Positions 57,418 to 64,000 of a DNA stretch of 64,000 nucleotides are shown piece after piece. The DNA is from an uncultured Bacteroidales bacterium (lineage in GTDB: Bacteria; Bacteroidota; Bacteroidia; Bacteroidales; JAGOPY01): assembly GCA_964619555.1 (NCBI GenBank), contig CAZUDV010000018.1, forward strand, positions 3,664 through 67,663. The letters are read 5' to 3'. Position 1 is the stretch's first letter. Each line of letters opens with the position of its first letter. Made by a program: the position numbers and the translations under genes. The notes under the pieces are model-generated. The model was not told the DNA's origin and made no database searches. It saw only the letters and a list, made by a program, of their open reading frames with translations.

Positions 57418-58914
57418 TTAATCCCTGAGGCAACGCAGACTAAAACCTTCCTCCTTGTTATCGTAGCTCCGGCCTGCTCCCGGGCCGTTGTAATCGAGGG
57501 TACGGCTCCATGCGTAGCTGCCATCGTACTCTGTAGATGTTAACCAGAGGCCGTATAAGCCGACAACGAAGCAGCCACCAGTGTAATTGCGGAAGCCACC
57601 TGGCAGACCCGAAAAACCACTGCTGTTGGTGGCATCTGTGTTGGGACTTGTCCATAAGGCTGAGACGGACTTCATCTTCCCCCCTGCAACCGACTCTCCG
57701 CCCAGATAAGTGGTAAGAATCGTCCATTCTGAATCTGTCGGCTCATGCCATCCGTCGGGGCATAATCCACGAGGATCATCCACTGCATACCAGTTGTAAA
57801 GGGCGCCGTATTTGGCATTGGTTGCCTGGTCATTGTTATACCAGCAGTACGCTCCGGTTGCAAGGGCTCCCCATGTCACGTCATCCGTCACGTTCGGGAT
57901 GGCATCGCCATTGCGGTAATGAGTTACCCTCAGGTTTTCCGCCATCCAGGTTTGTGTGCCAATCGTAATGGTCGGATAAGCATTGCCGTCGTAATCGATA
58001 CAGGTTGAAGAAGCGTTTTCGATGCTGATCCAGTTCGATCCATTATAGTAATAATAACCTTTCGGGCTGTCCGTCTGATAGACAAGGAGTCCCGCAGAAG
58101 GAGACACAATGGCCGTTCGCTGGGTACCGGTCAGGCGGGGAGGTAAGAATCCTTTATCGGTTGAGCTTAAATTAAGTATGGCAGAGCCATCAGCCTGGTC
58201 ACTGCCTATATTCACGCTTCCTCCGGTAATGCAGAGTATGTCCGGATAGCTTTCATTCACTGTCCAATCCCAGCGATCGAAATAAATATGCCCGGTGGTA
58301 CCGGCAAAATTGGCATAAACGCCAAATCCCATGTCAATATTCGGAACGATGGGGATCGCAGCGCTCCAGGTTGATCCTCCGTTCGAGCTGGTCTCAATCA
58401 TATTGGGATTCGGCCCTGCGTTCTGTATTCGAATGGCAAACGATGTTGCACCAGTGCCAGTGTATCCGGACAGATCAACACTCAAATCGTTCGGGCCGGT
58501 TCCGGTAAAATTAATCCCCGCCCACGCCCCGGGATCCGAAACATGCAGCCTGCTCTGGGGATTCATCTCTCCTATTCCCACGTTACCATCTTCGTAGTAA
58601 ATATTGTTGCCGGCAGGGATCCATTTGCTTGCCACAGACGACCAATCAGGTGAGGCTGTTGTGCCCCTGTTCATATACAACTGGTTGTCGTCGGTGCAAA
58701 AGATCAGCAAACCATTGGCCGGATTTGCAATAGCGTCCCTTTCGGATGCACTCATTCGCGGGATCAGCATACCTTTCGTGGTTGATTGCACGTCCAGCAT
58801 AGCAGAACTATCAGCAGCGTTGCCTGTTTCATTCATACTCACTCCCTGCGACCGGGAAACAGTCACAATACAGCACATGACTATACCAGTCATAAAAAAT
58901 TTCATAGTTTTCAT
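57418..58914 (-). CDS. secreted FISUMP (Fibrobacter succinogenes major paralogous) domain protein, type I
   Basis: Signal peptide, two copies of the S(A)(M/I)L(D/N)(V/L).S..KG.L.PR(M/L) module, and a C-terminal FISUMP pattern (TIGTQTWMAENL...YGALYNWYAV...LCPDGWHEPTDSEW...GGKMK...SGFSGLPGG...GFSLRCLRD). Confidence 0.85.
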   Translation of the reverse strand: MKTMKFFMTGIVMCCIVTVSRSQGVSMNETGNAADSSAMLDVQSTTKGMLIPRMSASERDAIANPANGLLIFCTDDNQLYMNRGTTASPDWSSVASKWIPAGNNIYYEDGNVGIGEMNPQSRLHVSDPGAWAGINFTGTGPNDLSVDLSGYTGTGATSFAIRIQNAGPNPNMIETSSNGGSTWSAAIPIVPNIDMGFGVYANFAGTTGHIYFDRWDWTVNESYPDILCITGGSVNIGSDQADGSAILNLSSTDKGFLPPRLTGTQRTAIVSPSAGLLVYQTDSPKGYYYYNGSNWISIENASSTCIDYDGNAYPTITIGTQTWMAENLRVTHYRNGDAIPNVTDDVTWGALATGAYCWYNNDQATNAKYGALYNWYAVDDPRGLCPDGWHEPTDSEWTILTTYLGGESVAGGKMKSVSALWTSPNTDATNSSGFSGLPGGFRNYTGGCFVVGLYGLWLTSTEYDGSYAWSRTLDYNGPGAGRSYDNKEEGFSLRCLRD

Positions 58915-58971
58915 GATGTGAAAGGATTTGTTTCTAATATTTTAGGAAGACGAATTGCAGAAATACAGACA

Positions 58972-59931
58972 TTAATAATTATCCTTTACGCAACGGACAG
59001 AACGGGCGGTCAATTTACTAAAGTAGTTTCGGCTAACTGTCGATAGATCATAACGCAGACTTCTGTAATAAGCATCTGTGGATGAGGCTTCCGTCGAAGA
59101 ATAGAAAAATGCATTTATTCCCAGGCTACCGAAGGTACCATAGCCATCCCGGCTGCCACCAGGAAGAGCAGTGAATCCACTATTATTGGTTCCACTTGCA
59201 CTTCCAGACCACCACAGAAATGCCTCATCAGTCTCCTTTAATTTTCTTCCTTCGCTGTGCGTTCCTCTGTACCCTGTCAAATTTGATTCAGCCCATGTCA
59301 TTCCAAGGGTTTGTTCCAGTTTCTTCCAATCGCCATCGCTGGGCACGCTCCAGCCATCCGGACAAATGCCCTGTACAAAGCTGGGAGTGCTATTGCTCGA
59401 CGGTTCCCCGTTCATCACGGCATCCCAGGTATATAGCCATCCATAGGTCTCGACATAGGCATCATCGTCATCATAAGCCCAATACCCCGAAATGTCCGAG
59501 CCGTCTGCATAATTCGTCGACTTCAGGTTTTCGGCCATCCAGCACTGGTCTCCGATTTTTACTGTCCGGTAATGGTGCCCGTTATAATCGGTCACTCCTT
59601 CGGAGCAAAAACTGGTCCCGTCGCTGCTGCTTCCGGCCGAACTGGATTTGGTGACCATCGTTTTCCAAGCGGTCCCATCCCAGTATTCAATTTTCATGTC
59701 GTCGATGTTGAAAACGATCATCCCCCTGTCAGCGGTATCAAGGGTGCCCCCAAAAGTGGTGATCTGTGCGTTGGTCATTCGCGGGATCAGCACCCCTTTG
59801 GATGTCGATTTCACATCCAGCATGGCAGAACTGTCCGGGGCGCTTTCGTCGTCATTGATTCCTACCTGGGCAAATAATAGGCTATTGCAAAGCATAAGCA
59901 TTGCAATTAAGAATGAAGGATTTCTCATCAT
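58972..59931 (-). CDS. secreted FISUMP domain protein, type I (short)
   Basis: Signal peptide, one N-terminal DSSAMLDVKSTSKGVLIPRMT module, and FISUMP (VKIGDQCWMAENL...YGWLYTW...ICPDGWSVPSDGDW...SGFTALPGG...RSVRCVKD). It lies 57 nt upstream of the previous gene, so they are probably co-transcribed. Confidence 0.85.
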   Translation of the reverse strand: MMRNPSFLIAMLMLCNSLLFAQVGINDDESAPDSSAMLDVKSTSKGVLIPRMTNAQITTFGGTLDTADRGMIVFNIDDMKIEYWDGTAWKTMVTKSSSAGSSSDGTSFCSEGVTDYNGHHYRTVKIGDQCWMAENLKSTNYADGSDISGYWAYDDDDAYVETYGWLYTWDAVMNGEPSSNSTPSFVQGICPDGWSVPSDGDWKKLEQTLGMTWAESNLTGYRGTHSEGRKLKETDEAFLWWSGSASGTNNSGFTALPGGSRDGYGTFGSLGINAFFYSSTEASSTDAYYRSLRYDLSTVSRNYFSKLTARSVRCVKDNY

Positions 59932-60319
59932 GCATTTTTATTGGTTAATTACTTAAGAACTCAGGGGCTATGTGAGTCTTCGGGTGAAGTTGCCTGATAG
60001 ATTTGGAGTATTGCGCCGAGAAAATTGTACTAGTATACCGCCTGACAAAGTGCAAATAAACTATATATATACTAATATCGATGTTAATAATATGTTAAAT
60101 ATTATATATAATCATTAATACATCATTCTATTCATTGAATTATGGCCGGCCATTTCACAGTCCGGAAAAAATAACCCCAAAAGGCCGGCCCTGACAGACC
60201 TCATGGCTTTCAGATTGTCAATTGATAAGGAAGGGTAATATAAATCGGCACGGTCCGGTCAATTTGTCCGGAATGTGCATTTCGCCTGTAAATAAAAAAA
60301 TTATTGAGCCTGTTAGAAG

Positions 60320-61654
60320 TCAATTATCGCGCAGGCAGCGAACGCTATATGCATCTTCCTCAAAGTTTCCGTCCCGGTATATTTCCGGGTAGTAATAACT
60401 GAGGAGACGCTGCCAGGCATAATAGTTAACGCCCTCTGTCGATGTCCACCAGTAGCCGCGGTCTCCCATGTTGCTAAAGAAACCATCGAAGTCGCGAAGG
60501 CCACCTGGCAGGCCTGAAAAGCTGAACAGATCAGTACCATTGCCATTACCATACCAACCGGTGGTGGTCTTCAGGTTCGTACCTGCATCATAACCCCGGT
60601 ACATCCCTTTCTCCCAAATATCGTCACCTATTCTGAACTGGCTATCCACTGCACCTTCCAGCACTTTCCATTCCTCGTCCGTCGGCAGATGCCAGCCCGG
60701 CGGGCATATGCCACGGACGCCCTGCTGGATGGTATATTCCATCATTTCAAACCACTGGTAAAGTCCGCCATATATATTGCAATTATTGGAATCGTCACCG
60801 TAACAATACTTTTCTATGGTTTCATTGTCCGATTGTCCCATTACTCCGGGGATCATGATGCCCACGTTGAGGTTTTCCCCGAGCCAGCACTGGCTGAAGA
60901 TCTGAATGGTGTTATATACGTGTCCTTCGTATTCAACTGTGGGTGTTCCAGGGCAGGGGATATTGGTGGCGAACTGGAAGGTGTATGTAGTGCTTTCTTC
61001 CGGGGAGTCCAGGATACCGGATTGCCGGACAATCAAGTCATTTGCCTGCGAAGAGTACTTCAAAACAGGTTTTCCTGGTGGAGATCCCATATAATCCAAC
61101 TTGCAGTCCTTACCATCTTGCTGTCCCGTCGAGATCATCCGGATACTCCGGCTTATTCCATTCCAATTGGCGGTAAGGAAGTAAATGTGGCCCCCTCCGG
61201 AAATGAATCTGAAGGAATGAAGCCCTTCAGCAAGTTGCCGGTCAGTGCGGAGAACAACCTTGCCCTGCAAGTCTGTTACCATCACATGCACCTTCCCCGA
61301 ATGAGGGACGCACATCGCGATTTCACTCCGGTCTCCCATTGGATTCGGAAAATTTTGATAAACAGTAAATGATGAAATATCATCATTCACTTCCGGAATA
61401 CCCACCGTGGAGAATGTTGCGTAGCCGACACAAAGCAGTAGATCCCCGGGGTTAATTACAAGGGATAACATGGTGTCTGGCCAGTAGATCATGGTTTCCC
61501 CTCCCTGGGTACGGTTCATGATCTTAATGCTGTCGAGCTGGACATAGGCTGCGTTGTCGACAGCCTTGAAGGCCAATTCCATGGTGGGACGCTGCCCATA
61601 AGCAGTCAAAAGACATACTGTAAGCATAAATACTAATAAAGACTTGCTTGTCAT
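60320..61654 (-). CDS. secreted FISUMP domain protein, type II (internal T9SS-CTD-like module)
   Basis: Start set at MTSKSLLVFMLTVCLLTAYG. Order is a conserved N-domain, then the VYQNFPNP... module, then FISUMP (IQIFSQCWLGENL...YGGLYQW...ICPPGWHLPTDEEW...FSFSGLPGG...YSVRCLRDN). Confidence 0.85.
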   Translation of the reverse strand: MTSKSLLVFMLTVCLLTAYGQRPTMELAFKAVDNAAYVQLDSIKIMNRTQGGETMIYWPDTMLSLVINPGDLLLCVGYATFSTVGIPEVNDDISSFTVYQNFPNPMGDRSEIAMCVPHSGKVHVMVTDLQGKVVLRTDRQLAEGLHSFRFISGGGHIYFLTANWNGISRSIRMISTGQQDGKDCKLDYMGSPPGKPVLKYSSQANDLIVRQSGILDSPEESTTYTFQFATNIPCPGTPTVEYEGHVYNTIQIFSQCWLGENLNVGIMIPGVMGQSDNETIEKYCYGDDSNNCNIYGGLYQWFEMMEYTIQQGVRGICPPGWHLPTDEEWKVLEGAVDSQFRIGDDIWEKGMYRGYDAGTNLKTTTGWYGNGNGTDLFSFSGLPGGLRDFDGFFSNMGDRGYWWTSTEGVNYYAWQRLLSYYYPEIYRDGNFEEDAYSVRCLRDN

Positions 61655-62170
61655 AGCTTCGTGGATTTGGTTTTTTTGTCTCAAGTCTAAATCTGCAAAT
61701 CGAAAAATAAAATGGGTAAAAGATTGAATGATAGACTTGATGGTGCAAATATACATTATTCAAAATTAAATATCAAGTCCGGTGCGATGTGTATTTGCAT
61801 GGCAACAAACGGGAGTCATGAGTCTCCATTCCGGCTCCCTCCTTGTTGCACACGCAGGGCAAATTGACCAGTCCGCGTCGATTGAGATTAACCACATAAA
61901 CTACCTGATAATAAATGGAATAAAGTGATCAATTTGCTCCGGTTGGCTATGGAAAAATCATCAATTCTGTTCTCCTTGGTTTATGAGTGAATATTTCTTC
62001 TTTATACAGCAGTTATTTTTAGAAAGTACCCGCATGACTGGCATACTTTCGTTTTATCAATCTGTTGCCCTTACTACTTGAATCTGAAAAGCTACCTTGC
62101 CAGAAGAAAACTTGTTTTTACCCTGGAGTTTTTATACCTTGGCAGGTTCATTATAACTAAACCAAGCACA

Positions 62171-63499
62171 ATGAAAGCCCAGCTATCTATTATTTTATTT
62201 ATGTTCAATATCTCAATGACAGCTTTAAGTCAAAATTCAGATATTGAATTGATATTTACTGCCGATAACAACGGTGCATATGTCCAGATTGACAGCATCA
62301 GGATCATGAACCGGACCCAGGGAGGCGATACAGTGCTTTTTTGGCCCGATACGGTGCTGTGGATTTATCATGTTGGAATGCATGAGAATCCTTGGAAAGA
62401 AAGCGCTTTCCAGGTCTTCCAGAACTATCCCAACCCGGTAGCGGACCAAACGACTGTGTCACTGTTTGTTCCTGAGAAGGACAAGGTCAGCATCATGGTG
62501 ACCGATATCCTGGGGCGGATGATTGTCCAAAGTGAAAGAGTATTGGACAAAGGAAAGCATTCTTTCCGTTTCACCCCCGGCAGCGGGAGCCTGTTTTGTT
62601 TCACTGCCCGTTGGCAGGGAGAAAGCAGCAGTATTGAGATCCTTCATTCAGGATTCCATTCAGGCAGATCGAGTACCCTTGAATACACCGGCATTGAGGC
62701 TTTCTCTCCGCAACTCAGGGCAATGAAAGATATTCAGGATTTCTCCTACACCCCCGGCGATGAACTTCTTTACATCGGGCATGCCAATGGTTTACAATCC
62801 GGTATGATAGATGTCCCGCAGGAAAGTACAAATTACTCCTTCCAGTTCGCCACCAACATCCCTTGCCCGGGAACGCCAATAGTGGAATACGAGGGTCAGA
62901 TTTACAACACCATCCAGATCTTCTCACAATGTTGGCTAAAGGAAAATTTGAATGTTGGCGAGAGGATCGATGGAACAATGGAACAATCGAACAATGGAGC
63001 TATTGAGAAATACTGCTACAAAAACGAACCCGACAGTTGCGCCAAATATGGCGGGCTTTATCAATGGAACGAGATGATGCAATACACCACCCAGCAGGGC
63101 ACCCAGGGCATCTGCCCACCGGGATGGCACCTGCCCACGGATGAGGAATGGAAGGTTCTGGAAGGGGTGGTGGACAGCCAGTACGGAATTGGAGATCCGG
63201 AATGGGATAGGTATAGTGATTGTCGTGGTTTTGATGCCGGAACAAACATGAAGAAAACAAGCGGCTGGTTTGGAAATGGCAACGGCACCGACCTATTAGG
63301 ATTTGCAGGTCTGCCGGGCGGTCTTATTGACGCCGATAATGACTTCCAGGGCGTAGGCACCGATGGGACCTGGTGGGTGTCGTCGGTGCTCGCTAATTTC
63401 GATGCTTGGACCCATGCCATCGATTATCAATATCCGGGAGCTTATCGGACCTACTATATAATGGAATTCGGCTTCAGTGTCCGTTGTGTTCGGGATTAA
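62171..63499 (+). CDS. secreted FISUMP domain protein, type II (paralogue of 60320..61654, divergently oriented)
   Basis: Start set at MKAQLSIILF. Collinear with the neighbour, e.g. QFATNIPCPGTPIVEYEGQIYNTIQIFSQCWLKENLNVG versus QFATNIPCPGTPTVEYEGHVYNTIQIFSQCWLGENLNVG. Confidence 0.85.
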   Translation: MKAQLSIILFMFNISMTALSQNSDIELIFTADNNGAYVQIDSIRIMNRTQGGDTVLFWPDTVLWIYHVGMHENPWKESAFQVFQNYPNPVADQTTVSLFVPEKDKVSIMVTDILGRMIVQSERVLDKGKHSFRFTPGSGSLFCFTARWQGESSSIEILHSGFHSGRSSTLEYTGIEAFSPQLRAMKDIQDFSYTPGDELLYIGHANGLQSGMIDVPQESTNYSFQFATNIPCPGTPIVEYEGQIYNTIQIFSQCWLKENLNVGERIDGTMEQSNNGAIEKYCYKNEPDSCAKYGGLYQWNEMMQYTTQQGTQGICPPGWHLPTDEEWKVLEGVVDSQYGIGDPEWDRYSDCRGFDAGTNMKKTSGWFGNGNGTDLLGFAGLPGGLIDADNDFQGVGTDGTWWVSSVLANFDAWTHAIDYQYPGAYRTYYIMEFGFSVRCVRD

Positions 63500-63527
63500 C
63501 AAACTATAAATCGTCAGCAAAAAGACA

Positions 63528-63561
63528 GAGAGTCCGGCTGTCGCTGGTCTCTCTTTTTTTA
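63528..63561 (+). terminator. rho-independent terminator candidate
   Basis: agagagtcc (63528-63536) pairs with ggtctctct (63547-63555, one mismatch), followed by T7 (63555-63561), 29 nt after the stop. Confidence 0.6.
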
Positions 63562-63620
63562 TACTCGTTCTTTGGATTCAACTTCTGTATAATGTCTTAA
63601 GGAGGTGTAAACCTTATATT

Positions 63621-63838
63621 TTGTTTTCGTTGCTACAACGCGACTGAATATTTTACTTGCCATCTTCGCCTTGCTCGACGGCATGTCGGCCTTCGGCAGC
63701 AATAGTAAAATATAATGTCGTTTATGCGGCAACTGTGCTTATTTGATGGGGGACTGGACTGAAGATTTCTCCCTCTCCGATTTGGAGAGGGGGACACAGG
63801 GGGTGAGGTTGTCGCGGAACCACAACGAAAAAAAACAA
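63621..63838. other. ~220-bp nested-hairpin element bounded by imperfect inverted repeats (candidate structured RNA or MITE-like element)
   Basis: Outer pairing is 63624-63632 with 63823-63831 (9 bp) and 63639-63644 with 63811-63816 (6 bp). An inner long hairpin pairs 63648-63661 with 63695-63713. A third hairpin pairs ccctctcc (63771-63778) with ggagaggg (63784-63791). Confidence 0.45.
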
Positions 63839-64000
63839 TAAAATTTATGGCAATGAATGGTTATATCTCAGCTAATAATTGACGATCTATCCTAACCAAA
63901 TAACTCCTCATTTCCGGATCTTCTTCATGTTTCAGCCACTGCTAAGCTTGGAAAAATCTTTTTGCTAAAGATTTGAACCTCCCAGTCTGTTCAAATTCCA

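Noticed and set aside
60141-60195. Two GGCCGGCC octamers (60144-60151 and 60183-60190) that could pair as an 8-bp stem.
   Set aside because: The loop would be ~31 nt and no T-run follows on either strand. They may simply be chance palindromes in an otherwise AT-rich spacer.
63746-63841. 31-codon ORF (MGDWTEDFSLSDLERGTQGVRLSRNHNEKKQ).
   Set aside because: It runs through the hairpins of the structured element. It has no start context or homology argument and is more likely non-coding.
63861-64000. Minus-strand reading frame at the window edge (...EFEQTGRFKSLAKRFFQA, in-frame TAG at 63944-63942, then QWLKHEEDPEMRSYLVRIDRQLLAEI, stop at 63863-63861).
   Set aside because: It is too short and truncated by the window to classify. 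It could be a gene end, a pseudogene or a small toxin-antitoxin-type gene pair. There is no motif I can name, so it is not annotated.
1-64000. Mobile elements, prophage, tRNA or rRNA genes.
   Set aside because: No transposase, integrase or phage structural motifs were seen in any ORF, and no cloverleaf-like or rRNA-like sequence was recognised by eye. A tRNA or covariance-model scan would be needed to exclude small RNAs formally.

Overview
This is a 64-kb chromosomal window from a member of the Bacteroidota. The phylum call rests on T9SS-type C-terminal sorting domains, the GWxTD, DUF4293, DUF5683 and DUF4126 families, parA-parB-DUF5683-dapB-lepB synteny, TAnnTTTG -7 boxes and the absence of Shine-Dalgarno sites. 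I call about 60 protein genes. I recognised no rRNA, tRNA, CRISPR array, transposase or integrase. The region 1-29 kb is mostly housekeeping: uvrA, rlmB, rmuC, lgt, an inositol monophosphatase, gcvT, long-form nusB, parAB, dapB, lepB, ftsK with a lolA-like gene, two ECF sigma modules and a pnuC/nadR-type salvage operon. Surface-glycan genes sit at 29.7-32.2 kb (GT4 plus flippase) and at 40.7-51.9 kb. The second locus is a tightly overlapping operon with a flippase, two Wzy/O-antigen-ligase-like proteins, two glycosyltransferases, an initiating sugar transferase, an NTase-like protein and an epimerase. It is flanked by a predicted sulfotransferase, a Wzz-like protein and a methyltransferase, which suggests a sulfated, methylated polysaccharide. 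The most accessory-looking part is 54.4-63.5 kb. It holds an AT-rich WG-repeat gene, a 646-bp ORF-free gap, a secreted protein with an IPTL/PEP-CTERM-like tail, and four secreted paralogues carrying the Fibrobacter succinogenes major paralogous (FISUMP) domain. Those four have scaffold-conserved but interior-divergent C-termini, two have an internal T9SS-CTD-like module, and two upstream regions share a ~40-nt element. Non-coding oddities are several short tandem arrays (7-bp x9 after nusB, 7-bp x5 over the start of the nadR-like gene, a degenerate 7-bp tract at the uvrA stop, six 11-bp phased units in the nusB/DUF3276 divergent promoter, and 8-bp x3 before lolA). There is also a C9A7 homopolymer just upstream of a DUF4126 gene and a ~220-bp nested-hairpin element bounded by inverted repeats at 63.6-63.8 kb. 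All functional calls come from motif recognition by eye. No database search was run.
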